Assembly: GCA_951406725.2 (NCBI GenBank)
Contig: OX597815.1
Span: 194,246,001 to 194,310,000, forward strand
Direction: 5' to 3'
Length of the DNA: 64,000 nt
Source of the DNA: Octopus vulgaris
Taxonomy: Eukaryota
Shown here: piece after piece, positions 29,115 through 42,459 of the stretch
How positions within the stretch are numbered: the stretch's first letter is position 1
How the letters are laid out: each line of letters opens with the position of its first letter
Made by a program: the position numbers and the translations under genes
The notes under the pieces: model-generated
The model's input: the letters and a program-made list of their open reading frames with translations, nothing else
Told to the model about the DNA's origin: nothing
Database searches by the model: none

Positions 29115-29376
29115 GCATTTCGCCTGGCAATTTAACGTTTCTTATTTGTTTATTGCCCACAAGGGGCTAAACATAGAAGGGACAAACAAGGACAGACAAA
29201 GGGATTAATTAAGTCGATTAAATAGACCCAAGTGCGTAGCTGGTACTTAATTTATCGACACCTTAAGGTCGAAAGGCAAAGTCGACCTCGGCGGAATTTG
29301 AACTCAGAACGTAGCGGCAGACGAAATACTGCTAAGCATTTCGCCCGGCGTGCTAACGTTTCTGCCAGCTCGCCGC
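29115..29376 (-). mobile_element. SINE-C
   Basis: Head and core on the minus strand. Confidence 0.8.
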
Positions 29377-29641
29377 ATCCATACCGTTTCCGTCTATCAA
29401 ATTCACTCGCAAGACATTGGTCAGCTTGGAGCAATAGTAGAAAACATTTGCCCAATGTTAGGCGCAAATGACTGAACCCGAAACCGCGAGGTTGTGAAGA
29501 GAGATTGTTAACCATACAACCACGTTTGCGCTTATGAGCCAAGCTTGCTTAAGCTGGACAACAAAACAAATCTTGTTGTGTCTGGGGAGAGTCATTTTTG
29601 TGCCTCATAATTTAACACACTCACCGGTAAAATTTCCACTT

Positions 29642-29805
29642 AGGCGCAGGAGTGGCTGTGTAGTAAGTAGCTTGCTTACCAAACACATGGTTCTGGGTTC
29701 AGTCCAACTGCGTGGCACCTTGGGCTAGTGTCTTCTACTATGGCCTCGGGCCGACCAAAGCCTTGTGAGGGGATTTGGTAGACGGAAACTGAAAGAAGCC
29801 CATCG

Positions 29806-29880
<75 letters not shown>

Positions 29881-30128
29881 TTATGTATGTATGTATGTGT
29901 GTGTATGTGTGTATATGTTTGTGTGTCTGTGTTTGTCCCCATCAACATCGCTTGACAACTGATGCTGGTGTGTTTACGTCCCCGTAACTTAGCGGCTCGG
30001 AAAAAGAGACCAATAGAATAAGTACTAGGCTTTCAAAGAATAAGTACTTGGGTCGATTTGCTCGACTAAAGGCGGTGCTCCAGCATGGCCGCAGTCAAAT
30101 GATTGAAACAAGTAAAAGAGTAAAAGAG
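29642..30128 (+). mobile_element. SINE-B
   Basis: Full length; interrupts another interspersed repeat. Confidence 0.88.
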
Positions 30129-30234
30129 CTATTTATTTTTATTTTCCTAAAATTTTCGTTGCGTCTTGCAACCTTTTCAATAGTCTTGACTCTGTCCGTT
30201 ATTTACACTGAGTTCCCTTTTGTTTGTTTGTGCA

Positions 30235-30700
30235 CATGTGTGTGGGTCAGTGTGTGTGTGTGTGTGTGCGTGTGCGTGTATGTGTTTATGTGTGTGTGTG
30301 AGTGTGTATGTGTGTGTGTGTGTGAGTATGTGTGTGTGTGTGTGTGTGCGTGCGCGTGTATGTGTTTATGTGTGTGTGTGTGAGTGTGTATGTGTGTGTG
30401 TGTGTGTGTGTGTGCGTGCGCGTGTATGTGTTTATGTGTGTGTGTATATGTGTGTGTATGCCTATGCATGTATGTATGTATGCATGTGTATGTATGTATG
30501 TATGTATGTATGTATGTGTGTGTATGCATATGTATATATGTATGTATGTGTGAACATCTGTATGTATGTATTCTGCATATTCATGTGCTTGCATGTCCGT
30601 GTTTGTGTATTTTTTATGTGTGTGTGTGTGTGAGCGTGTGTTTGTATATGTATGCACCTCTGTCTCCTTGTGTGTGCCTCTGTGTCTGTGTGTGTGTGTG
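30235..30700. repeat. (TG)n/(TATG)n-rich low-complexity tract
   Basis: Seen directly in the sequence. Confidence 0.9.
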
Positions 30701-31199
30701 TTTTGCAACTATGTACCATGTTTGTATGGATGGATGTGCATCTCCATACGTGTGGACACGTGTCTCCATATGTGTCCTTGTGTGAAGCAAAGTGTGTGTG
30801 TGTGTATATATGGCCATGTGTTTCAGTCTCCATTTGCGTATGTGTGCTTATCTGTTCATACAACCTATGTACCTTGCTAAAGTCTTCAAAATATTTCATT
30901 GAAAAATATTGGAAAACATAACGCAAAGCAAACACAAGTATTTCTCGAGTTAACAGAAGGGCCATTAGTGAAGTTAATGTATCTGCTAGAAGTAGCAGTC
31001 AAATAACCGTTTGATATTAATTAACCCAATTGTCGTAAGGATAAGCACAGAGGTACGAGTTAGATATTGTATTTCTCGATACACAACGCATGGTATTCAT
31101 GTCTTGACTGACGTTGATCAGTGATATGTCTGTCTGATTAGGTCTGATCAATGGCTAAACAGCAACAGCAGCAGCAAAAACACACACATATTTATATAT

Positions 31200-31430
31200 C
31201 TTTCTTTACTACCCACAAGGGGCTCAACACAGAGAGGACAAACAATGACAGACAAACAGATTAAGTCGATTATATCGACCCCAGTACATAACTGGTACTT
31301 AATTTATCGACCCCGAAAGGATGAAAGGCAAAGTCGACCTCGGCGGAATTTGAACTCACAACGTAACGGCAGCCGAAATACCGATAAGCATTTCGCCCGG
31401 CGTGCTAACGATTCTGCCGGCTCGCCGCCT
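31200..31430 (-). mobile_element. SINE-C monomer
   Basis: Complete head, core and tail on the minus strand. Confidence 0.85.
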
Positions 31431-31504
31431 TATTTATATACATATTTATATACATTTATGTTCCACAGTTTACTGCTTTTCCTCCCATTCATTTGTGCAC
31501 CTGA

Positions 31505-31606
<102 letters not shown>

Positions 31607-31697
31607 GCCTGCCTGCCTGTCTGTCTGTCTGTCTGTCTCTACATACACACATATTCGTTTACACAACGCGCAAACACACATGGAATAATGTAATCAT

Positions 31698-32076
31698 AGG
31701 CGCAAGAGTGGTTGTGTGGTAAGTACCTTGCTTACCAACCACATGGTTCCGGGCAAGTGTCTTCTAGTATAGCCTCGAGCCAACCAAAGCCTTGTGGGTG
31801 GATTTAGTAGGCGGAAACTGAAAGAAGCCCGTCGTATGTATGAATATGTATATATATATGTGTGCGTGTGTGTGTTTGTGTGTCTGTGTTTGTCCCTCCA
31901 ACATCGCTTGACAACCGATGCTGGTGTGTTTAGGTCCCTGTAACTTAGCGGTTCAGCAAAAGAGTCCGATAAGATAAGTACTAGGCTTACAAAGAATAAA
32001 TTCTGGGGTCGATTTGCTCGACTACATGCATTGCCGCAGTCAAATGACTGAAACAAGTCAAAGAGTAAAAAGAGAG
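31698..32076 (+). mobile_element. SINE-B with internal deletions
   Basis: Head and tail present; the B-box region is deleted. Confidence 0.82.
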
Positions 32077-32312
32077 TATATGTCTGTATATGTAGCATTT
32101 TGTATGCCCGTGTTGATATATATGCTTATTTCTAAATGATGAATAAAATAGTTTTCGATTTTAACGCTTGAATAACTATTTTTACGTTTTTTTCTTTGTC
32201 CCAAGTTTTGTCCCATTTTCTCTTGCTTCTTATCTCACATATAAATAATATTTTTAGTTAAAATGTTAGACAATAAAATAGAGGAAACGAAAAAAAAAAT
32301 AAGTTCACTCAC

Positions 32313-33501
32313 CGATTGTTTTTGACCATTGTGCATGCGGTCGGTACATTGGATACATCTTTGGGAACCTTCTACTTGACCAAAGCGGTACAAACGTTAT
32401 ATTGTAGTAAGCCATTGAGTTTTCTGGACATTGATCATCGTCTGCGTTTGTAGCCGAAGTTGTTGGTATTTGTTTGTCGGTTGTAGTCGGTGTTGTGACA
32501 CTTTCAGTTGTTTCTGTCGTCGGGGTTACTTTTACAGTCTGTCTTTTTGTTATTTCCGGTAATTCTTTCTTGCTATCTGTTGTCCGAGTTTTTTCAGTTG
32601 TTTTAAGGGTTGTCTGGGGTTTCTGCGATGTCCGGTGAACTGTGTTCGGTTTTTCTGTTATTTTCTCTTTCAGAGTTGTCCGTGTCCCTTCAGTCGTTTG
32701 GGGTTTTTCGCTTGTTTGAGTTCCCTTCTTTTCCACTATCGTCTGTGTTGTATTTTCTACTGTTTGTGTTTCAACGGTTTGCGATTTTTCAGTTGTTTGA
32801 GGTTTTTCAGGTTTAGGAGTTGTTTGAGGTTTTCGGGTTTTAGAATTTGTTTGAGGTTTTTTAATCATTTTGGTTCCTTCAGTTGACTGAGCTTTTTGTG
32901 TTGTTTGAGTAGTCTGGACTTCTGTCGATTCAGTTGTCTGTGTTGTATATGTTTCTGTTGTCAACCTGGTCTTTAACTCTTTCTGTTTTCGCTGTTGTTG
33001 TCGTTGATGAGATTTACTGAGACGATCTTTAGGGCGTACTTTATCAGGTTCGTATTGCGTTGACTGAGGTCGACGTTTGGACACTGGCCCCTTGTCGGAT
33101 GATGTTACCATGGTTGCTGGTTTTGTAGACTGCGCATATTGATCAGACGTTTGATTCGGGTGTGAATGCGATGTTACCATCGTTATATTTCTGCTGGTAG
33201 TTTTACTATAAGTAGTCTCAGCAGTTGTTAAGGAAACACAGTGTACTCGACACACGAAGTTTGAGAAAACACAGATAAGAACTGTCAACAACCAAAAACA
33301 ATTGATTCTACCACAAAAGTATCTATGATAAAGATAATCTTTCTTGTTAATATTTCCATCAGATCCAAACCGGTGATTATTAGAAGTCTCATCCATATCA
33401 TCTCCTCGGTAAAAAGACGAATTTCCACTCCAGGCGCTATAATTAGGTTCCACTTTAGTAGCGGTCAACCTTCCATTCATCTTTATTCTCTTACGATCCA
33501 T
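32313..33501 (-). CDS. SPON2: Spondin-2/mindin-like protein, first coding exon (N-region, hydrophobic signal segment, Thr/Lys/Gln-rich mucin-like stalk, start of Spondin_N domain)
   Basis: The 398-aa ORF ends in CPENSMAYYNITFVPLWSSRRFPKMYPMYRPHAQWSKTIG, matching the start of the mindin Spondin_N domain (C..A.Y.ITF..W....FPK.YP..RP.AQWS..G). The ATG is in ACAATGG context after two in-frame stops. Acceptor ttttttatag lies at 33580 and donor G|gtgagt at 32313/32312 (phase 1). Orthology to SPON2 versus other spondins is not proven. Confidence 0.88.
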
Positions 33502-33869
33502 TGTTCAATAGTAATAATGGTAACGGAGTTGTCTATGTTGTTGATAATGCCCTCAAATGGTTATTCCGATGTTTAATTTCTATAAAAAAGAAATACGACA
33601 AAAAGTAAACAAGAACAACGATCTGTTTATCAACTATTGTCTTTCATGTTATTAGGCTGTCTCTTATCATAATTAAACAATTCAAAGAAAAACTCACTGT
33701 TGCTTTCGTTGTTGAGTGTATTATATCTTAATTAGTAAGTTTGAAATCAATCCTAGTCTTCCGTGTTGTCTAAACCAACTGACAGTAATTATTAGCAGCG
33801 TATGTATAGATATATATACGTTTATATAACACGCGAACACACACATAGACACGCATCTCTCTCTCCCTT

Positions 33870-33870
33870 C

Positions 33871-33906
<36 letters not shown>

Positions 33907-33907
33907 T

Positions 33908-33946
<39 letters not shown>

Positions 33947-34280
33947 TGCTTATCATATATACAAAAATATGTATATGTTTTCTATGTGTGTGTATATGTG
34001 TGTGTATATGTGTGTGTATATGTGTGTGTATATGCGTGTATATGTGTATATATATATATATATTTATGCGCGTGTGTGTGTGTGTGTATATTGCTTATCA
34101 TATATACAAAAATATGTATATGTTTTTATGTGTGTGTATATGTGTGTATATGTGTGTGTATATGTGTGTGTATATGCGTGTATATGTGTATATATATATA
34201 TATATTATGTGTGTGTATATGTGTGTATATGTGTGTGTATATGTGTGTGTATATGTGTGTGTATATGTGTGTGTATATGC

Positions 34281-34324
<44 letters not shown>

Positions 34325-34715
34325 GTGTGTGTGTATGTGTATTGCTTATCATATATACAAAAATATGTATATGTTTTTATGTGTGTGTATATGTGTGTAT
34401 ATGTGTGTGTATATGTGTGTGTATATGCGTGTATATGTGTATATATATATATATATTTATGTGTGTGTGTGTGTGTGTATTGCTTATCTTTATATACAAA
34501 AATATGTATATGTTTTTATGTGTGTGTATATGTGTGTATATGTGTGTGTATATGTGTGTGTATATGCGTGTATATGTGTATATATATATATTTATGTGCG
34601 TGTGTGTGTATATTGCTTATCATATATACAAAAATATGTATATGTTTTATGTGTGTGTATATGTGTGTATATGTGTGTGTATATGTGTGTGTATATGCGT
34701 GTATATGTGTGCGTA
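33870..34715. repeat. Higher-order microsatellite-derived tandem repeat (5 units)
   Basis: The anchor ATTGCTTATCATATATACAAAAATATGTATATGTTT occurs at ~33946, 34090, 34341, 34479 and 34612, separated by variable TG/TA tracts. Confidence 0.9.
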
Positions 34716-35077
34716 TGTATTAATTGGATATAAGTATAAACAGTAAGTGAATCAAGTGTGTGTGCGTCTGTGTATGAATGTGTGTATGTGCTTGCGTGCG
34801 TGTGTATGTGTGTGTGTATGTGTGTGTGTGTATGTGTGTGTGTGTGCGTGCATGTGTGTCTGTGTGTATGTGTGTGTGTGTGTATGTGTGTGTGTATGTG
34901 TGTATGTGTGTATGTGTGAATGTTTCTATGTGTGTATGATTGCTGATAACGTGTTTGCGAGGTGAGATTATTGTGTGATATTTTTACTCTGATATTTTGC
35001 TATATCGTGTAACAAATATGTTTGATGCTTGCTTAAGTAAGTTTCTCTTCATGTATGTGTGTGTGTGTATGTGTGTA

Positions 35078-35201
<124 letters not shown>

Positions 35202-35485
35202 ATCGTTAGTCTTTCACTGTTTTTCACGTAAATCATTGCCCGGAAAAAAAACTCTTAATTTAGTGTCATCGATGTTCTTTAACCTTAAACAATAAAAAAA
35301 GTGTGTGTATATGTGTGATTTTGTTACTGGGTACATGTGTTAATGTGTACGTGCAGGTATGTGTGTGTGTGTGTGTATGTATGTGTGTATGTGTCTGTGT
35401 GGATACATACATATATACATATTCATACATTCATACATACTCACACACATGCACACACACATATATAGACACTCGTACATACATA

Positions 35486-35525
<40 letters not shown>

Positions 35526-35586
35526 TACACACACAAACATTGCACTCACACACATGTTATAACATCATAAACTATCTGCCTGACTG

Positions 35587-35728
<142 letters not shown>

Positions 35729-36151
35729 CATCTATCTATCTATCTACCTATCTATTAAACATGCTGGCATATTATTATTATAAATATATGATCACATGTC
35801 ATTCATTTATTTTCACCTGGGTCTGTGTAAAAGCAACAACAAAAAAAAAAGACTACAGCCATCAAAATCATTCACTACACCATAAAAGAAAAAAAAAAAA
35901 GGGAAAAAATACATTCAGATATAAAATTCAAATGTTCTGCATCTAAAAACATTAATCAGCTGCCTTGAATTTCAATCAATACTTATTGAAAAATATAGTT
36001 TATTGTAGAAGATTGGGCTCTTTTTTCCATCCACTACGTGGTTCGATCCCGCTAATACGACTACCGCCACTATTAACTTTATATTGTGTTCTCCCGAGAT
36101 GGGGGTGTGGGGTTATCACAAAAGTAATTTTCATGTATTAAAATCCAACAA

Positions 36152-36455
36152 GTGGAGGCACATGGCCTAGTGGTTAGAGCAGCGGACTCGCGGTCGAGAG
36201 ATCGCAGGTTCGAATCTCAGACCGGGCGATGTGTGTGTTTATGAGCGAAAACACCTAAGCTCCACGCGGCTCCGACAGAAGGTAATGGCGAACTTCTGCT
36301 GACTCTTTCGCCACAACTTTCTCTTAATCTTTCCTCCTGCATCTTGCAGCTCACCTGCGACAGACTGGCGTCCCATCCAGGTGGGGAACCTATACGCCAA
36401 GGAAACCGGGAAACCGGTCCTTATGATCAAGGCGTGGCTCGAGAAGGAACAAACA
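36152..36455 (+). mobile_element. SINE-A, tail type 2
   Basis: A and B boxes, and an imperfect TSD aaaatcca(a/g)caa. Confidence 0.85.
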
Positions 36456-36544
36456 AGACAAAATCCAGCAAAAATCGATGGTACTGATAAACCCCGCCCC
36501 TCAAAATTATTGGCCTTGTACCTAAGTGATAAGCAATTATGTTA

Positions 36545-36969
36545 GGAAGACGAGTTTGAGGAACAGTGAGAGCGCCAGAAACACTTCTTTGAGGAATTTT
36601 TTTCCCCGGATTTTTACGTTCTGAGTTCAAATTCCGCCGAGGTCGATTTTGCTTTAGATTCTTTTGGGGGTCGATAAAAATTAAGTAAGAGTCAGGTGCT
36701 GGGATTGATAGCACCGACTAACCCCTACACTCTCAAATTTTCTGGTTTTGTTCCTATGTTAGAGAAAAAAAATTAAAAGAAATAACTTTTTAATAAATTG
36801 GCCGAACGGTTACAGCACCGGACAAAATACCTCGCAGTTTGTGTTTCGAGTTGAAATCCCATCAAGATAAACTTTGATACCGTATATCTTGAATCGGTAA
36901 ATTAAAGTACTGGGGGTGAAATTTAATCAACATACGCGTCAAATTTTTGACTTAATATCTACATTAGAA

Positions 36970-37052
<83 letters not shown>

Positions 37053-37283
37053 AGCGTTGAGCTGGCAGAATCGTTAGCACGCCGGAAAAAAAAACCCCTC
37101 GCTTTGTGACATTACGTCCGTCTTTTAGTTCTGAGTTCAAATTCCATCGCGGTCGACTTTACTTTTCATCCCATCGGGGTCAATAAATTAAATACCAGTC
37201 AAGGACTGGGGTCGATGTGATCGACTGGTCCTCCTCCTCCCCTTAAATTCCAAGCCTTGTGCCTATAGTACAAAGGATTATTA

Positions 37284-37326
<43 letters not shown>

Positions 37327-37540
37327 GGCGGCAAGATGGCAGAATCGTTAGCACGCTGGACAAAAATGCTTGACTGCGTTTCGTCCATCTTAAAGTTTTG
37401 AGTTCAAATTCCACTGAAGTTGACTTTGCCTTTCATCCTTTCGGCGACGGTAAAATAAGTACCAGTAGAACACTGGGGTCGATGTAATCGATTAGTCCCC
37501 ATCCACCATAATTTCAGGCCTTGTGCCTATAGTAAAAAGG

Positions 37541-37614
<74 letters not shown>

Positions 37615-37826
37615 AGGCGGCGAGCTTGCTGAATCTTTAGCAAGCCGGATGAAATGCTTAGCGGTATTTCGTCTGCCGCTACGTTCTGAGTTCAAATTCC
37701 GCCGAAGTCGACTTTGTCTTTCATTCTTTCGGGGTCGATAAAATAAGTACCAGTTAAGCACTGGGGGAAATGTAATCGACTCATCCCCTTCCCCCAAAAT
37801 GTTGCCCTTTTGGCGAAATTTGAAAC

Positions 37827-37830
<4 letters not shown>
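36545..37830 (+). mobile_element. Cluster of same-orientation SINE-C copies separated by (TTA)n
   Basis: Heads near 36545, 36800, 37053, 37326 and 37615, with TTA tracts between the later copies. Confidence 0.8.
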
Positions 37831-37893
<63 letters not shown>

Positions 37894-38106
37894 GTTGTTG
37901 TTATAATATATAAAGGATTGAGGTAACTCCTCCTGAAGATACAGATTCAAAATTAAAAGCAGAGTGCCATTGTTATCTAGTGAACGATATTTCGACATCT
38001 CGTGTGTCTTCAATTGGTTCAAAAAATAAATTTGTCAATCTGCTTCATTTTGGTTAATATATATTATATATTAATATATTATTGCTATTATTATTATTAT
38101 TAAATT

Positions 38107-38526
38107 AGGCGCAGGAGTGGCTGTGTGGTAAGTAGCTTGCTAACCAACCACATGGTTCCGGGTTCAGTCCCACTGCGTGGCATCTTGGGCAAGTGTCTTA
38201 TGCTATAGCCCCGGGCCGACCAATGCCTTGTGAGTGGATTTGGTAGACGGAAACTGAAAGAAGCCTGTCGCATATATGTATATATATATATAAGTGTGTG
38301 TGTATATGTTTGTGTGTCTGTAGTTTGTCCCCCCTCCCCAGCATTGCTTGACAACCGATGCTGGTGTGTTTACGTCCCCGTCACTTAGCGGTTCGGCAAA
38401 AGAGACCGATTGAATAAGTACCGGGCTTACAAAGAATAAGTCCCGGGGTCGATTTGCTCGACTAAAAGCGGTGCTCCAGCATGGCCGCAGTCGAATGACT
38501 GAAACAAGTAAAAGAGCAAAAGAGAG
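38107..38526 (+). mobile_element. SINE-B
   Basis: Full length. Confidence 0.88.
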
Positions 38527-38571
38527 TTATTATTAATGTTATTATTATTATTATTATTATATTAGAAGCAG

Positions 38572-38600
<29 letters not shown>

Positions 38601-38603
<3 letters not shown>

Positions 38604-38798
38604 TAGTTTTATTTTTATTTTTATAGCATGCTTTCACTTCACTACCGAGCGCAGCTCTGTGTGCCTTGGGTATGTGCTGTGATTTGTTGTGATGCTCTGA
38701 TGGTTATTGTATGGAAAGTGTTCTGCGTAGGATGTGTGCAGTGCCTAGTAGTGCAATTTTCTGTATGTTATATGTGTTTGTAAGTCCTGGTGTTTTTG

Positions 38799-38799
<1 letters not shown>
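38601..38799 (-). mobile_element. Second R4/Dong-like 3' end in (TAA)n
   Basis: Minus strand TKTPGLTNTYNIQKIALLGTAHILRRTLSIQ* followed by a 3' UTR, with TAA repeats on both sides. Confidence 0.75.
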
Positions 38800-38866
<67 letters not shown>

Positions 38867-39116
38867 CATCATCATTATTATTATCATTATTAGGGGTTTT
38901 CTCCTCAAATTGAAATGCATGAAAAAAAAAAAAGAAAAAAGAACAAAAAGTTCACTGACTTGATAAGTACACCACTCTCTTCTCTTAGCACTTTATGTAC
39001 CCTTCGTCTCTCATTCCTGTCTACAGTCTTAGCTTCCTCTCTCTTCTCCTGCCTTATTTTTCCACACGATAACATACATTATATATATATATATATAACT
39101 TATAAATAATGCTTAC

Positions 39117-39360
39117 GTAAACTCCTTGTTGCTGCTTTTTGCTGTTTACTTTCCTCTTAGTCAAGCAACATTAAGTTCAGCTGTTGTTGTGTTTGTTCTT
39201 CTCGTTGTTATTGTTGTTGGTTTTGTCATTATTATCATCCTTGTTACATCTTGATACTCCTCATCAGATCAGCATTTATTTCTAGTCAATAAAATAATGT
39301 CTTGCTTCTTTTGCTCGGCGTTAATTAATAAAGCGGTTTTAAATATTGCTTCTGATCTGA
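39117..39360 (-). other. Candidate non-coding first exon (5' UTR) of the spondin-like gene
   Basis: Unique sequence downstream of the TATA/Inr motifs, ending at donor AC|gtaagc (39117/39116). It could splice to the acceptor at 33580. Confidence 0.33.
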
Positions 39361-39520
39361 AAGGGGACGGGCACCAGCCTGTTGGGCTTTTTATATAAAT
39401 TTGCTGTTTTTACCACGTGACTGTAGTAGCGTAAGTTTGTTGGTCTAGTCTTGTCTGATCCAAGAGAGACATCTTTGTAATAACCACCACTAGCCGACAA
39501 AGAGAAGAAGAAGAAGAAGA

Positions 39521-39564
<44 letters not shown>

Positions 39565-39630
39565 ACAAAACAAAACAAAACAAAACAGAAAAAAATAACA
39601 AACAAACGAAAAATCCCGCCCCAGCTGACA
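39350..39630 (-). promoter_or_regulatory. Candidate core promoter of the spondin-like gene
   Basis: Minus strand: GC box GGGGCGGG (~39615-39622), E-box CACGTG (39414-39419), TATATAAAAA (39397-39388) and Inr-like TCAGA (39360-39356), in non-TE sequence 5.8 kb upstream of the coding exon. Confidence 0.4.
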
Positions 39631-39745
39631 TTCAAACTGAAAAACAAACATATTCCAATCTTCTCACATACACCCGCCTGCATAAGCATGCTAATGGAGA
39701 ACAGACAACGCACCTGCTAGAATACATACATACATATACATATAC

Positions 39746-39836
<91 letters not shown>

Positions 39837-39929
39837 TATATATCCATACATACATACATATACACATACATACACACACACACACATATATATATAAATA
39901 CATACACATACATATATATACATGATACA

Positions 39930-39966
<37 letters not shown>

Positions 39967-40048
39967 ATATTTATGTATATATAAGAAAAAAAAAGAAGCC
40001 CATCTGGTAAATACTTAAAGATAAGCATACTTTATGCATGCGTGTGTG

Positions 40049-40080
<32 letters not shown>

Positions 40081-40321
40081 TGTATGTATGTATGTATGTA
40101 TGTATGTATGTATGTATGTATGTATGTGTGTGTGTGTGCGTGCGTGTGTGTATATATTATTTACATGTCACTGTAACCAGCCTCATATTTATTTATTCAT
40201 CTCTCTCTATTTATTTATCTATCTATTATTTATATATTTATTTACCTCTTCTCCTCTATCTACCTAGTTTGTTATTTATACTCTCACTTTTTCTTTCTTC
40301 TTCACTTCTTTCTCTCCCCCC

Positions 40322-40354
<33 letters not shown>

Positions 40355-40971
40355 GCGTATGCAGACTCAAAGTTAAAGCAGAAATGAACTAAAGGGAAGA
40401 GCACAGTATGGCCAATGGCAGGAATTAGGAAAAACAAGGACAAACGAAGTTTTACGATGTACTAATCAAGATAAATTCTTAATTAATTTCAATTAACTTC
40501 ACTCCGAGAGAAGGTTAACAAACATATGAACAGTAATTGCAACCGGCCGATAAATGAAAAAGAAAGATAGTCTCAACGAATCAAGTATTATCCGGAATTA
40601 ACATGCAATTAAGGGAAAGACAATTCCTCTTCTTATGAAGACGTAACGATAATTGTGAACACGTTTCTATCTGAATAGGAGTCATCAGCACAGCGTTTGT
40701 TCTAGGTGACAGTAGCCAAACGCAAGACAAGTTTATATGTGTGTATATCTTTTGGAGAGTCTCTGTAAATCTGTACGTACATACTCCAAAGTTATGTATA
40801 TTTATACACAGACACAGAAAGATTCAAGAGCGCGCACACACACACATACTCACACACACACACACACACACACAAACGTACACGTGCAGACACACGCACA
40901 CGCACACATGCTCTCACGCTTACACACACAGACGCACACAGGCAAGCACATTTACACATCTTTTGATATTT

Positions 40972-41390
40972 GGTGAGCTGGCAGAAACGTTAGCACGCCG
41001 GGAGCGATGCTTAGCGGTATTTCATCTGCCGTTACGTTGTGAGTTCAAATTCCGCCGAGGTCGACTTTACCTTTCATCCTTTCGGGGTCGATAAATTAAG
41101 TACCAGTTACGCACTGGGGTCGATATAATCGACTTAATACCTATGTCTGTCCATGTTTGTCCCCTCTATGTTTAGCCCCTTGTGGGTAATAAAGAAATAG
41201 GTATTTCATCTGCCGTTACGTTGTGAGTTCAAATTCCGCCGAGGTCGACTTTACCTTTCATCCTTTCGGGGTCGATAAATTAAGTACCAGTTACGCACTG
41301 GTGTCGATATAATCGACTTAATACCTATGTCTGTCCATGTTTGTCCCCTCTATGTTTAGCCCCTTGTGGGTAATAAAGAAATAGGTATTT
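40972..41390 (+). mobile_element. SINE-C dimer
   Basis: Two near-identical 184-bp units with a junction at ~41200. Confidence 0.85.
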
Positions 41391-41719
41391 TACTTGTTTC
41401 AGTCGTTATACTGCGACCATGCTGGGGTACAGCCTTGAAGAATTTTTAGTGGAACGAATCGAGAGAGAGGGAGGAAGGGGAGGTAAAGGGTGGAAGAACG
41501 AGAGATAACAAGTGTTAAAAGAGAGGGGCAAGGGCCACAGCCAAGAGTAAGAGGAGGAGGAGAGAAGGCAATGACAGATACGAACACATATACAAAGGAA
41601 CATACAGTTTCACTTACATATGTGTACGTATGAAGAATACGTATGTGTGTGTGTGGGTGTGTGTGTGACAAGCACACGTACACATATAAACGTAGTACAC
41701 GTATCCCTTTCTTCTCTTT

Positions 41720-42053
41720 TGGCACTCTGTCGGTTACGACGACGAGGGTTCCAGTTGATCCGATCAAAGGAACAGCCTGCTCTGCTCGTGAAATTAACGT
41801 GCAAGTGGCTGAGTACTCCACAGACACGTGTGCCCTTAACGTAGTTCTTGGAGAGATTCAGCGTGACACAGAGTGTGACAAGGCTGGCCCTTTACTAATA
41901 CAGGTTCGACAGAAACAGGAAGAAAGAGTGAGAGAAAGTTGTGGTGAAAGAGTACAGCAGGATTCGCCATCATCCCCTGCCAGAGTCTCGTGGAGCTTTA
42001 AGTGTTTTCGCTCAATAAACACTCACAACAACCGGTTTGGGAATCGAAACCGT
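41720..42053 (-). mobile_element. SINE-A, tail type 1 (5' truncated)
   Basis: Reverse complement of the 23270-23593 region. Confidence 0.8.
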
Positions 42054-42149
42054 GTGTGTGCATGAGTGTTAATGTCTGTGTTTGTTCCTCTCACACCGCT
42101 TGACAAGCTGTGTTGGCATTTTTACGTCCCTGTAACTTGTCTCTTTAAC

Positions 42150-42377
42150 TTGTTTGTCCTCACAAGGGGCTAAGCACAGAGGACAAACAAGGGCAGGCAA
42201 ACGGATTAAGTCGATTATATCGACCCTAGTGCGTAACTGGTGCTTATTTAATCGACCCCGAAAGGATGAAAGGCAAAGTCGACCTCGGCGGAATTTGAAC
42301 TCAGAACGTAGCGGCAGACGAAATACCGCTGAGTATTTCGTCTAACGTGCTAACGATTCTGCCAGCTCGCCGCCTTA
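42150..42377 (-). mobile_element. SINE-C monomer
   Basis: Head and core on the minus strand. Confidence 0.82.
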
Positions 42378-42459
42378 CTAAATACAATAATCATAATAAT
42401 TCATATACTAATAATTATAATCCTTTCTACGAAAGACTGAAGCCCTGATATTTTGTATT

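Noticed and set aside
32610-33576. Plus-strand ORFs overlapping the spondin exon
   Set aside because: Short antisense shadows of the real coding exon.
40655-40692. CTGATGA...GAAAC on the minus strand
   Set aside because: Stem II does not close next to the core and there is no convincing stem I; probably chance. The CTGATGA at ~39261 was rejected for the same reason.
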